Positions 39,380 to 52,760 of a DNA stretch of 64,000 nt are shown here, one piece after another. This DNA is from Octopus sinensis (taxonomy: Eukaryota): positions 70,928,001 through 70,992,000 of the forward strand of contig NC_043003.1 of NCBI RefSeq assembly GCF_006345805.1. The letters are read 5' to 3'. Below the pieces are notes generated by a model that was not told the origin of the DNA, did not search any database, and saw only the letters and a program-made list of their open reading frames with translations. The position numbers and the translations under genes are program-made. Within the stretch, counting starts at the first letter, position 1; each line of letters starts with the position of its first letter.

Positions 39380-40720
39380 TAGAAATGCAAGCTGAGAACG
39401 ACTGAGGTCGCACATGTAGGGCATCTTCTCACTGATTAGGGACTGAAGCTAGATCCTGAAAGCAAAACATCTGATAAGATTCCTCAGTATGATGCAGTAT
39501 CTGGGAAAGTCCATGCCAAATCTCTCCAGTGAAACTGCAGCTCTACGAGAGTTATTGCTGAAGGACATTGTATGGTACTGGGAAAAAAGGCAACAAACAT
39601 CTTTCAAGAATTTGAAACAAAGAGTGACAGAGACTCCAGTACTACAGTACAGCGAATGCCCCTCAACTATAACAGCTGGAATCAGTGATTCTGTACTGAT
39701 GCCCAGAAAACAAATGATATTCCAGTAAGTGCAAGAGACTACTGGAATATTCGTGATGAACTGACTGTTGTTGATGACCTCATCTTCAAAGTTGACCAAG
39801 TTGTAGTTCCTGTAACACTACAAACAGAAATGTTGAACAGAATTCATGATGCTCATTTTGGAGTGACAAAGTGCATACTCAGAGCCTTCTGGCTAGGAAT
39901 GACTGTACAAATTGAATGAGAACAGAAAGAGTTCTGAAACAACTGTTTAGAAGCCATGAAATTCCTGATTGAATATGGGCTAAAGTCGGAGCCAACTCAT
40001 TTATGTACAAGAACAACAGCTGCCTGGTGTGTATGGACTATTTCTCAAAGTACGCTAAAATTGTGAAATTGTCTGACCTATCAAGTAAAATGACAATCAC
40101 AGCAGTGAAATCTGTCTTTACCAGACATAGCATCTCAGATGAGCTCATGACAGATAATGGACCACAATTGCAGAGTTCCGTAACTTTGGTCTAGAATATG
40201 AATTCATACACAGTGTCAAGTCCGACATGTCCACAATCAAACGAACAAGCTAAGCGTACAGTTCAGACAGTCAAAAATCTGCTAAAGAAAACAGAAGCTA
40301 GTGGCCGAGATGTTTCCCTAGCTCTACTTGAGTACCGAAACACACCAGTTGACACGGTCAATCTATCACCAGCTCAAATGCTAATGAGCAGGTGCCTGAA
40401 GAGTTGCTTACCTGTGTCCAATGCTTTACTGAAACCTCAGGTACAGGACCAGAAACAGCTACATGATCAGCTGAAAGCCTGTCATGAGATATTACAGAGT
40501 TATCTACCTTAACGACAGAGATACTACAGAGTTACCTACCTTGACAACAGAGATACTACAGAGTTACCTACCTTGACTCCTGGATAGCGAGTCAAGATTC
40601 AAGAAAACCAGTCTTGGAAGTCTGGAGTTGTCAAATCAGTTGATGATGCACCAAGATCCTACAACATAACCGTGTCAGATGGAAGACAGTATTGCCGAAA
40701 TTACCTTCATCTGTGAGACA
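39380..40720 (+). mobile_element. Ty3/Gypsy pol remnant (integrase), decayed
   Basis: RIHDAHFGVTKC zinc-binding segment, DYFSKY, TDNGPQ, SNEQAKRTVQTVK and ALLEYRNTP..SPAQMLM. Confidence 0.9.
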
Positions 40721-41139
40721 GCTGTTGAAAATCCAACAGCTCAGTCAAATGGAGAATATAAAGAGACTGAACTGTGATACGGATGAGTCTGAGACTACAG
40801 GCACGATCTGTAATCAAATTACGAGATCTGGATGAAAAATCAACAAACTGGAATTATATCAAGATTGATATCAAGAACTGTTGAATTAGAGAAGTGCTCC
40901 AGGGAAAGAGAGATTCATGAACTGTGTAAAATGTTGAAATTCAAGTTAAACAAGTTGAACTGTGTTAATTGCTAGAATACATTTTATTCTTTCTAATGAA
41001 AAAAAAAAAAATTCATTTATGGACAGTTAAATTTAAAGAAGATATATTCAGGGACTTTGAAGAAAGTTGCTTTATCAGAGTGATAATTTATATATAATTG
41101 AGTTTATTTGAAGTTAATAATTTATTTTCCAAATATTTT

Positions 41140-41557
41140 CAAGACTTAGACTTAGTGTGGGGACACAAAACTCTACTTGTGAAGACCTGTTGAGGCAAGT
41201 GAAAATCGAAATCGATCAACATCAATGGAAATTGTAGTTGTGATACCAGTGCCGGTGGCACGTAAGGGAACCATCCGAACGTGGGCGTTGCCAGCGCCGC
41301 CCTGACTGGCTTCCGTGCCGGTGGCACGTAAAAAGCACCATCCGATTGTGGCCGTTGCCAGCTCCGTCCGGCACGTAAAAAGCACCCACTACACTCACAG
41401 AGTGGTTGGCGTTAGGAAGGGCATCCAGCTGTAAAAACACTGCCAGATCAGACTGGGCCTGGAGCAGCCTTCTGGCTTCCCAGATCCCAGTCGAACCGTC
41501 CAACCCATGCTAGCATGGAAAGCGGACGTTAAACAATGATGATGATGATGATGATGA
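41140..41557 (+). mobile_element. RTE-related 3' UTR fragment ending in (GAT)n (another at 42055-42226)
   Basis: Homologous to 44054-44500 and ends ...ggacgttaaacaatgatgatgat. Confidence 0.8.
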
Positions 41558-41807
41558 TTGACTACAATAATACTTCTTGCAATGTTTGTAAAGAAGGGAG
41601 ATGTGCACACAAAAGTGCAATGTCACAAGTTTGTATGTATGACGATATAAATGAGCATATAGTAATGTCTGCGCCCTGTTTTGTGTCATAATTTACAAAT
41701 AGGATAAGAGTGCATGAAAAGGTGTTAGTGAATGTCATTTCATGCATCAATGACTCCAATACTTTCCTGTAAATAATATACATGTTCTATATACATGTTT
41801 GTTTCCA

Positions 41808-42196
41808 TTTTGTCGGTCTTGATTGGGATTGTGGGAGTGAAAAAGAAAGCAAAAGTTTTCAAATTTTGTTTTTTCACAAAAGGGTGCTTCCCATCACTCT
41901 GAAGGCTGTGATGAAAAAACTGGAAAAAATCCCCATCAAAACGGAGAAATTCCAATTTATGTGGGCTGCTTAATCAGAAACTCCTCCCCAACTCAGAGCC
42001 AAAGATGTTATCTTCTGGCTAGGAATGACTGTACAAATTGCAAAAAACATTTCACTCTTGGAGTGGTTGGCGTTAGGAAGGGCATCCAGCTGTAGAAACT
42101 CTGCCTGATCAGATTGGAGCCTGGTGCAGCCATCTGGTTTGCCAGACCTCAGTCAAATCGTCCAACCCATGCCAGCATGGAAAGTGGACGTTAATC

Positions 42197-42228
<32 letters not shown>

Positions 42229-42925
42229 CACTGTTGTTACTTCTAGCTTCTAATGGAATTTTTATTTTTGCTATATTTTAGGTGTCTACAAAGGAACTTA
42301 CTCGATGTTGAACTTATAATACTTATATACTGATATAGAAAGCGAATGAAACTAACTTCAATTTATAAGACAAGGTTATGTAGTGTTATTGTAGTATGAA
42401 CTAAGGTTTGGGAGGATGTCTGACTGTCCTTGTGAATCCTGGTAAAAATGTGACAATAAAACGTCACAGGTAAAAGTGGAGGGCATATCTACATAACTTC
42501 CAGAAAAATGGATGCTTTTTAATGAAATTTTCAACAAATACTGCTTAAATCCTATAGATTGAGAGTATGTAGAGATTTGTGGAAAAATATTATTCCAAGG
42601 AGTTGGGGAGAGAAGTTTCAAAAAATTCACTTTCGCGCCTCATAACTTTCAGGAAAATGGGTTTCTTTTAATGAAATTTTATACAAATACCTTTCAGACA
42701 GCATAGATTACAGTTACAGAGAATTTTTTGCAAGGGGCATAGGGGAGGAGTTTTGGATCAGACGGCCCACATAACTTGGAATTCCTCCATTTTGATGGGG
42801 ATTTTTCCAATTTTTTTTTGCACCACAGTCTTTGGAATGATGGGAAGCATCTTTTATGGAAAAAACAAAAAAACTTTGAAAATTTAATTTTTTTTTTCAC
42901 TCCTGCAACCCCCTCACCATTTTGG
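41808..42925. mobile_element. Fold-back element with about 185-bp diverged inverted repeats
   Basis: 41808-41990 is the reverse complement of about 42742-42925. No coding capacity; superfamily not assignable. Confidence 0.65.
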
Positions 42926-43388
42926 CCATTTTTTGTACTATGCACTTAAAACCCATGGAAGAAACCTTTTTAGTAAAAAAATAAAATTCTTAATACTTTC
43001 AGAGGTAAAAGTGTGTGATTTAAGGGAGATTTGGCTGTTTTTTCTAGCACATCTCCAGACCTCCCTTGTTTCTTTCTCACTCTCACATTTATTGATGTTT
43101 TTCAATATTTTCTCCCCATAAATGCATTTTATTGACTGATGATGCTGAAGTAACACACATGTGGTCCATTGCTGGGATATAAGTAAAATGAAAAAAAATG
43201 GTAATTTGAATTTTTATCTGCACCCCAACCAATCGAAGCCATGTGTGTGTATAAGAAAAAACATTTTCTAACAGAAAATTATGCTATCAAAATAAATCAT
43301 CTTTTATATACCTCTTATTAAAATCCCTTTGGATAAATTTCATAAATAACCATCTTGGGCTCTCCAGTATTTTAGAATTATAAACAGA

Positions 43389-43622
43389 AGGCGGCGAGCG
43401 GGCAGAAACGTTAGCACGCCGGGCGAAATGCTTAGTAGTATTTCGTCTGTCGCTACGTTCTGAGTTCAAATTCCGCCGAGGTCAACTTTGCCTTTCATCC
43501 TTTCGGGGTCGATAAGTTAAGTACCAGTTACACACTGAGGTCGATGCAATCAACTTAATCCCTTTGTCTGTCCTCGTTTGTCCCCTCTATGTTTAGCCCT
43601 TTGTGGGCAATAAAGAAACAAG
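43389..43622 (+). mobile_element. tRNA-derived SINE with a Meta-like central domain (copies at 26700-26900 minus and 3860-4008 minus)
   Basis: gccgaggtcaactttgcctttcatcctttcggggtcgataagttaagtaccag resembles the MetaSINE domain as recalled. Confidence 0.75.
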
Positions 43623-44053
43623 AATTATAAACAGAAACAATCAGGAGCAGGGAGTGGGGCTAAAAAAAAATCATAAATTTTCAAAATACACACACACCAG
43701 CCATATTTAATTGGTTTAATCATATACCATATACTTTTAAACACATGGCATTTTTTCTGTAGCTTATTGACCTGTAGTATTTTTACTAACATTTTAACTG
43801 TGGCACTTTTTCCTATGACATTTTTTCTTATAGCATTTTTTCCTACTGTGGTATTTTTTTCAGTGGAATTTTTTCTGGTCACTGTTCTTGTGCCTTGTAG
43901 TCACCCACTGCAATGGTGTGAGTGCTTTAAAATGCATGATTGAAGGAATGTGTATATTCTATTTACTGATTTCCTTTGTCTCCCTTCATTTTGTTAGTCT
44001 TTACTTTTGTAAGCTATATCTTTTATCCCTGAATTATTGCAAATAAGATACAA

Positions 44054-46575
44054 TCATCATCATTGTTTAACGTCCGTTTTCCATGCTGGCATGGGTTGGA
44101 CAGTTTGACAAGTCTGGAGATGCAGCGGCTGCACCAAGTTCCAATCTGATCTGGAAATGTTATTACAACTGGATGCCCTTCCTAACACCAACCACTCTAA
44201 GAGTGTAGTGGGTGCTCTTTATGTGCCACCAGCACAGGAGCCAGTCAGGCGGGCCTGGTATCAATCATGATTGGATAGTGCTTTTTACATACCAGCAGCA
44301 TGGGAGCCAATGAAGGGGTACTAGCATCAGCCATGTTCGAATGGTACATTTTACGTGCCATCAGCACAGAGGCCAGTTAGGTGGTCCTGGCATCGATCAC
44401 ATTCGGATAGTGCTTTTTAAGTGCCATTGGCACGGGAGCCAGTCAGTGGGTACTGGCATTGGCCCTGTTCGGATGGTGCTTTTTATGTGTCACTGGCATC
44501 GACCACATTTGGATGATGCATTTTACATACCACTGGAATGGGAGCCAGCCAAGGAGCACTGGCCACAGCTACAATTTTGGTTTTACTTGACTCAACCGGT
44601 CTGCTCAAGCATATCATATTGCCTGATGCATCAGGGGTAGTCTTAAATGGGCCGGTCATGCAACACTGGCATTGGCCATGGCTGCAATCTCACTTTAGTT
44701 GCCGGGTCTTCTCGATCACAGCATATCTCCAAAGGTCTTGGTCTCCTGTCATTGCCTCTGTGTGGCCCAATGTTTGAAGGTCATGCTTCACCACCTCATC
44801 CCATGTCTTCCTAGGTCTACCTCTTCCACAGGTTCCTTCCACAGTTTGAGAGCGCACTTCCTCACACAGCTGTCATCATCCATATGTAACACATGGCCAT
44901 ATGAGTGTAGTATTCTCTCTTGCACATCACATTTGATGCTTTTTATGTCCAACTTTTCTCTCTGTTGTGTATGCACACTGACATTAAACATCCAGCAGAG
45001 CATACTAGCTTCATTTCTTTGAAGCCTATGCATGTCCTTAGCAGTAATGGCCCATGTTTCACTGCATCATACAGTCTACCTTTCATCCTGAGCGAGAGGC
45101 CCTTAGTTTCCAGCAGAGGTAGGAGCTCCCTGAACTTTGCCCAGGCTATTCTTATTCTAGCTGCTACACTCTCAGAGCAACCACTCCCACTACAGACTAG
45201 GCTACCTAGGTAGCAGAAGCTATTAACTACTTCTAGTTTTCCCCCCTGGCATGTGATGGAATCTGTTTACTGTACATCTTCAGTATTTATTGCCCCTGTG
45301 CATCTGCCATACACAAAAACTAACTTCCTGGTTAAACTTCCTTTGATATTGCTGCAGCTTTTATGTGTCCTTTTATGAGTTTTTACCCATGCCTTTTCTA
45401 CAGATTGAGCAGGGCCATCTACCTGAAGGGCTTTTGCTAGGTTAACTCTAAGGCCCTTCAATTCTAGACCTTGCTTCCACACCCTAAACTTCGTCTCTAG
45501 TTCTGGCAGTGACTTGGCTATTAGAGCAAGGTCATCAGCATAGAGGAGCTCCCAAGGGCAGCCTGTCTTGAATTCCTCTCTTATTGCCTGGAGGACTATA
45601 GTGAATAAGAGGAGGCTGAGGACTGATCCTTGGTGAAGCCCTACTTCTGCCCAGAATTCTTCACTATACTCGTTGCCAACTCTCACCTTACTGACAACAT
45701 CCCTGTACTGTACAGGGCTTGTACAGCTCTTACCAACCACTCGTCTATCCCCAGTTTCTGCATTGACCACCAGATAAGGGATCGGAGGACCCTGTCAAAA
45801 GCTTTCTCCAAGTCAACAAAAGCCAAGTACAGAGGTTTATCATTGATTGGGTATTTCTCCTGCAGTTGCCTTACCAGAAATATAGCATCAGTGGTGCTTC
45901 TACCTAGCACAAAACCAAACTGCATCTCATCTAGGCTAACTCTCTCCTTAATTAGTTGGGCTATGACCCTCTCTGTAACTTTTATCACCTGATCTAATAA
46001 TTTGATACCCCTGTAGTTATTTCTGTCTAAAGCATCACCTTTACCTTTGTAGCAGTTGACTATGGTGTTGCTACACCAGTCATTGGGTATGACTTCATGA
46101 ACTACCTGATTTATGATGCAGGTGACAAGACCATAACCCACACCACCCGATATTTTAAGCATCTCAGCTGTGATTCCTGATGGGCTGCATATCCTTAATT
46201 GCTTTTGGTCCCTCAATTGAGTCAACCATTGGCAGACTTTCCTCCTCCCATTCTCCACATTTAGCAGTCTTTCATAATGGCATCTCCAAGCCTCTTTCTT
46301 TGCAGAATCATTAAATGCAAGGGCGCCATCATCCATGTGGATACATTTCTCTCCTATGACATCACGGTTTTCTCTTACACACTGTCTTGCAATCTGAAAT
46401 GCTTCAGTTCTTTGGTCCTCATGTCGCAGAACATTGGCAAACTTCTTTTCTGCTACTCCCTTAGCTATATATACCTGTCTCCTAGCTCCCCTTTTGGCTA
46501 TCTGACACATTCTCCTGCTACCCCCACTCTTCCAGGTCTGTTTCTTTGCTCTAATGGCCCTATTTACAGTATTGA
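44054..46575 (-). mobile_element. 5'-truncated RTE-clade LINE (RT pseudogene, 3' UTR, (ATG)n tail)
   Basis: QFGFVLGRSTTDAIF, FVDLEKAFDRV, GLHQGSVLS and LLYADDL motifs. The tail sits at about 44054. Confidence 0.95.
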
Positions 46576-47649
46576 TTGCTGGTATTGGTGGTGGGGGTGA
46601 GAAAGGGTGGGTGCAACCACGGACAAGAGAGAGTCATTTTAAGGAGCAGAGCAAACAAGTAAGAATTATTTAAGAGAAAAATATGAACTATGTATAAACA
46701 TGTAGCCAAGAAACAAGGTTAGTCATTATAGGGACAGAACAAACAAGGAAGAATTATTTTAGAGAATGAGGTGATTAAAAACAAGAGAAATTCTTAGCTG
46801 TGCATATTTTCAAGTGTCACCAAGTGGCCAAACACATGGAATAAACTAACGAAAGTCTGAGAGGGTGGGGAACAGGTGTGGAGGTGACAGCCAGAAATGG
46901 ATGAAGATGGCAGACTTTGCCCTAAGAGAGTAGCCATTGCAACCAGGAGCAAGAGAGATACAGACAGGAAAGAAATTATTTCAGAGAACGGTATGAAAGG
47001 CGCATATATATATGTAGTCAAGAAACAAGGAAAGGATTATTTTAAAGGGAAAGATTACAATTTCGAAGTTATTTGAGGAATCAATATAAATGCTTATGGT
47101 TTACAAAAGCAACCATGAGAATAAATTTAGGGAACAGACCAAACAAGACAGAATTATTTTAGAGAAAAATACAAAATATGTATATACATGTTACCAAGAA
47201 ACAAGGTTAGTCATTTTAAGGAGCAGAGCAAGTTATTTTCCCCATGTCCATTTTGTTTGTGTTCTCTCTCATGTAATATACTGCTCCATTTTCTTTGGTC
47301 TTCATAATATTCATAATAAATATTCTAGTTGAAAAGTATGCAGGTCATCAATTTAGCTTGCTAAAAGTTTTTTACTCTACAATACTTCAATACTCAACCC
47401 TGCTCTATTTTTGGAAACTGAAGTTATACTTTCTAGTTAAGAATTAATCCTGTATCTACTAACCAGACAGGCATGCTAGCCCCTAAATTATGAAGATATA
47501 CACAGAAAAAGATTGACTGAGTTAGAGGTTAAATAATCTGAGTAAATGAAAGAATTAGATCTCTTTTAAACTCCCCCAAAATAATTTAAGTTGAGTTAAT
47601 TTTTTGGCTCAAAAAGCAAAAAGCAAGGCCATGTAGGGGGACATGGAGT

Positions 47650-47850
47650 TATGTACAGGGAGGGTGTTCATGCAAAGAGTTCAGGCCATTTCTGGTCGAG
47701 AGAGACTTTGAACCGAGCGGTCGTCGGCATCTTCACTATCTCGTCCGGCAGCTTATTCCACGGATCCGCAACCCGGACGGAGAAAGCCCCTCTCCTTCGA
47801 TTGAGATGAAATCGTCGCAGATAGAGCTTTTCGGAGTGATCTCGAATCAT
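47650..47850 (-). mobile_element. CR1/L2-group LINE 3' fragment
   Basis: RRGAFSVRVADPWNKLPDEIV...FKVSLD motif. Confidence 0.8.
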
Positions 47851-48993
47851 GGTATGTAAAATATAAAGACCATTTCAGAACATTAAAAATAGTTTTAAAC
47901 ATATTTTAACAGCAAATCTGAAAATTCTTGAGAATTAATCCTAGAAAATTTTAAAGAGTAATGTGAATTGGAAATAATCAAAGCAGAAATATTTTATTTA
48001 TAATGTGGTGGAAATCAATTTTAGTCAAAGTATTCAACATACAAGCAATGTTAATATTATCTATCACATTGTATTCTATATATTGTAAGCAAGTATTTAT
48101 ATATCTTACATCAAAGAAATTTGTAGGCGTAAATATAAAAGCAGAGGAAAATGTCAAAGTTGATATATTGCTAGATAATAGCAGTAGTGAGAATAGTCTA
48201 ATAGAGTAGTCTCCCTTTGACCAGTAAACGCTCATGAGAGTAGTTAATAACTATCTTCTTTGAGATACAGTTCCAAAACAGATAGATTTCTGGCTGGTCA
48301 TCTGTGTATGGCAGAACAAACGAATTGTTATAAGTCAACAATTATAGTATTCAAAACTGAAGTTTCCTCATTGAAGACAGTGCTATTTCAAGGATGTTTC
48401 ATGTAATTGCTGTATCTTTTCCTATACATACATCACTATTCTATACTATTGTCTTTGGATTTCCTTGTATAACATTGGTGCAAATAGCATTTGTGAAATT
48501 CATTAACTGTAAGATAAAACCAAATTTTACAGCTATATTTTAAAAGTAGAAAATAAAGAAAATATTGCAGAAAAATGTTACTGAGGTTTGAATTTTAATC
48601 AAGTTTACCTAATCAGAAAACAGGATTTAGAAACTGGCATTTTCTGCATGATAACTTTCTATTACAAAATGAAAGCAAAATCATTACAAGGAGGAATTTT
48701 TATTAAACAAATGAATGCAAAGTATTACAATGACCAAAGTTGTAAGAACTTCTGAAGTTTTAATAATTTTTAATGAATAGAATCACGTGAAATGATCAAA
48801 CAGACAAGTAAATAATTTAAAAAGGAAAAAAATTCTTAATGAAGTTTTTTGTGAAAGATTACACAAACCTGTCCTGATCAAGAGACTTATCTGTTGGGGA
48901 AGGCATTGTCTGACATGGGATAAATAGAAATTTATACAAGACATTCTATTGTATAAATTGTCTGGCAATGACGGGCTATTCAGTTAGAATATA

Positions 48994-49201
48994 CAGTAGT
49001 AATCTCTTGAGATATCATGGTTCACTTATCACACACTCAGTACATCGCTGATTTTTCTGGCTAATATATGTAAATTTATATCGCGGACTCCTTGGTATAT
49101 CGCAGGTTTCTGCAGCCAATAGGTACTTATATTTTTTAGATTTCAATTATTTCTGTGGGAGGTTTTGGAATGTTACACCTGTGATAGTCAACGGATTACT
49201 G
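48994..49201. mobile_element. Tc1/mariner(pogo)-type MITE
   Basis: TA|cagt ... actg|TA. The right end matches the TIR of 49384-50008. Confidence 0.6.
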
Positions 49202-49383
49202 TATGTATATATATGATGGGTTCCTTTCAGTTTCTGTCTAACAAATCCACTCAAACAGCTTTGGTTGGACTGAGGCTATAGTAGGAGTCACTTGCCCAAG
49301 GTGCCATGTAGTTAGACAGAATCCAAAACCATGTGGTTGAGAAGCAAGCTTCTTAGCACACAGCCATGCCAGTGTGTATTATA

Positions 49384-50008
49384 CAGTAATCCCTTGACTA
49401 TCACGGGTGTTACGTTCCAAAATCCCCTGCTTTAGGTGAAATCCATGAAGTAGAAACAGTGCTGTACTGTATATTTTTTAAAATTATTTTTATAATTTGT
49501 ATATATCTATTTTATTATAAACTAGCACTATGACCCGGCAACGCTGGGTCATAGTACTAGTGCATGCATATACAGCTGCATGCATGCGCTCATACATGCA
49601 AGTACTGTCCAAATCTCTGACCAATCACATACAGCTAGCTGACATTCAATTGGCGTATCAAGTTTTGGGCATTTTGATTGGGTTTTGGATAGAAAATTCA
49701 CTAAAATGTCACTTCTATTGATTTTTTAATGGCTTTGTTGGGTGACTGGGGAAATGTAAAGATGTGCACGGCCATCCTTGGATGGTTTTAAATGGCCATA
49801 GAAAGTGCAAGCCCTCTAACTGAAAAATTGTGGATTTGTATAAAGGATACACATACAGACAGACAGACATGTTGCCGTTTATATAGAGAGACATTTTGCC
49901 GTTTATATATACAGAGGAATTGACGTAAGCTTAAATAATAAACTGTGATAAGTGAACTGTGATAGGTGAACCACAATAGATGAACTATGGTATGGATAGG
50001 GATTACTG
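49384..50008. mobile_element. Tc1/mariner(pogo)-type MITE with a nested Helitron
   Basis: TIR cagtaatccct/agggattactg with TA TSD. Confidence 0.75.
49522..49915 (-). mobile_element. Non-autonomous Helitron-like element nested in the MITE
   Basis: Minus 3' end CTAG|T next to the hairpin ctatgaccc/gggtcatag. The TC-like 5' end appears duplicated. Confidence 0.7.
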
Positions 50009-51149
50009 TATTTTCTATTTCAGCAAAAAAGAAATTTGTTAAAGAGGAAGATATAGCAACTGGAACCAATCCGAACATGTAACTGAAATCCAAGTCATAT
50101 CAAAAGTAAAGCTAATCCTCGCTGAATTTAGAATTAGGATGAAATTAGATATAGATAGTACTCAGGTTGTCTAGGGACTTGATGTAAGACCATGTGTTGA
50201 AACAAGCAATTACATCATGGTTGAGCCATTCTAGCCATTTAATATCACATGAAATTGTTTACTTTTAAAATAATTTCATGAATTGTAAATGCTTGAAAAA
50301 AAAATAGAGCAAGTGGAATCATGAGAGTGTAAATAACATTGCTTTGTAGATCATGGTCTGTACATTCTGTGTTCAAATTGCATCAGTGTCAAATTTGCTT
50401 TTTATCTTTTTGGGGGTCAGTAAAATAAATACCAGTAAAGTACTGGGATCAATGTTATTGACCAAACTCCTCCTCTTGTGTGCCAATCAGCAAGCATGTG
50501 ATCAAAGACAGGGGTCTGTTTCTGCTATACTCCTATCAGTAACACCTGCTAATTTCACTGACTCATAGGGTGAACATTTTGCTTCCTTTATGATTACAGT
50601 TCATGTGAGAAGTATCAACTGCTTTCATTGATCAATGGCCAAAAATAGTGAAAGAAAACTAATGGTAGAAAGAGTGGTATTTATTTTAAAATTAGTTTTA
50701 AGAAAGAGAGGTCAAAGTCATTGAGCTTAATTTATTGATTTTGATCTATTGTGCAGTGAATCATTCAATTCTTTATTTCATAGTGACAAAAGAAGTTGAG
50801 TGATGATTAATGTAAGTTACTAACAGACTGCAATGTAGTCAATTTCCCAGTTGGAGCTATTTCATTTCACTTTATTTGCCATTACATGTGAGAATAGTCT
50901 ACTGTCTATAAGCTATGTGCTATATCTATTAAAACTGACTCAAATGTATTATTGTTACTTATTTTGCTAACTATTTTTACTGAGTTAAAAGCAACAGCAA
51001 CAACAACAATCACAACAACAATAACAATAATGACAAACTTAGTGGTGGGATGGCAGCAAAATCAGTTCAGTATTTCACACTCTGTCTATGAAACAACTTG
51101 TGAAGGTGAATGGGAAGAATGCACAAATTGCTATTACAGCTGAGCTTTT

Positions 51150-52565
51150 GTGCAGCCATCACATGAAAGAAGGTGTTGTATTGCATTGTGATGGTTAAAC
51201 TCAATGCTTAGAAGCACTGACACTTGCTTGGGTGGAACAAGCCTTGAAAGAAAACTGGGCAGATATAGAACATGTCACTTGGGCCAGGCAGTTCGAAGGC
51301 ATCTTCAAGAATAAAGTCCTCATGCTGAAGCTCCCCATAGTCCTCATATGCAAGAGGGAGTTAACCTTCTACTTGAGTTATTTAGGGAGAAAGAACTGTT
51401 GCTTGAAGATAGAGTTTCACCTGTGTTGGACACTTGGTGGTTGTTAGCTTGTCTCACTTTGGAAAGAAGTGATACACATATTGAAGTGAAATGAACAGAG
51501 AGGATGTTTTGGTCTGGGAATACAGTGGTGATCCTCCTCCAGATCAGATCAGAGGAGATGGATAAAATCTCAGACAATATCCATCTGCTTTATGTAGTGA
51601 ATCTGCCGGTTGTAGTTGTGAGTAGAAGCTAAGATGCCACTTGTGTGGTACAGAAGTCCATTCAGAGCTGCTTTTTGTCTTCAACAAAAAGCAGGAGAGA
51701 GGCAGTCCCTACTGCTGCTGACACCACCGTCCCAATAACAGCAACAACAACAAAGGGAACAGGAAGGATATCAGCAGCACCATCACCAACAACAGTAGCA
51801 ACAGCAAGACAAGCAGCAATGACACCCACAACAGCAGAACCAAAACCCATCACCTGAGAAAATAGCCAACCTTACTACCTCTCTATTACTTTCCCTCTCT
51901 TCACATCGTTTTCAAACCCACACATGAAAACATACTTCCACCATCCTGCATTGGATCTTTCTGATATGGGAATATCATCTTGCAAGGAAGAGGGCAAGTC
52001 GAGAAAAAAAAGACAATAAAAATTATAAAGAAGATACATCTACTCTGAATGAGTTACATAACCAGTACAGCATTGCCGAAACCATACCCACTCCGGACAC
52101 AAACAAATCTAAAACAACACCACGACCAACAATACCCATTTCAGTGAAAAGAAAACACATCCAACAAATTGTACAGAGACAACAATATGAACAAAACACA
52201 TTCACCCAAAGTTTTGTGCTTGTAAAGATCACAAATAAAAAAAAATGATAGTAACTCTGAGTGTGAGGAGTATAATCGCATGAAGAAGGACTGTCTGCTT
52301 AATGACTTCAGGTTGCTTTGTTTAAATGTGGTAGCCATCAGTGAGACTAGGATTTCTGACATGTACCTTAGAACTCTTTTTTTGGCAATCTCTTACTCAG
52401 CCTGGAATGGTGATGGATACAGGGTAACAGTGCTGTTATGGAAAAGTCTGGGCTTCAATATATGGTCAATCTTCCTGGGCATGGGTGGTGGTCCTGGAAT
52501 GAACTGTAGCAAATGCAGTGCCTCTAAATTAGTTGCCGATGTCAAATTGTGGAAACAGAGATGGA
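51150..52565 (+). mobile_element. Decayed 5' part of an L1/Tx1-like LINE (ORF1 zinc knuckle plus AP endonuclease start)
   Basis: RCHLCGTEVH (CX2CX4H) at about 51632 and LNVVAISETR (APE-like motif) at about 52320. Confidence 0.55.
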
Positions 52566-52679
52566 CTTTACTGCATACCAATTGAACAGTGGGGGGCCAA
52601 TGTAATCAACTTATCCTCTCCCCAAACTTGCTGGCTTTGTGCCAAAAATTGAAACCATTATTACTATTGTTATTATTAA

Positions 52680-52760
<81 letters not shown>

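Noticed and set aside
47978-48235. Hydrophobic ORFs as membrane-protein exons (also 309-512)
   Set aside because: Hydrophobicity follows from AT-rich composition. No motif or convincing splice-site pair.
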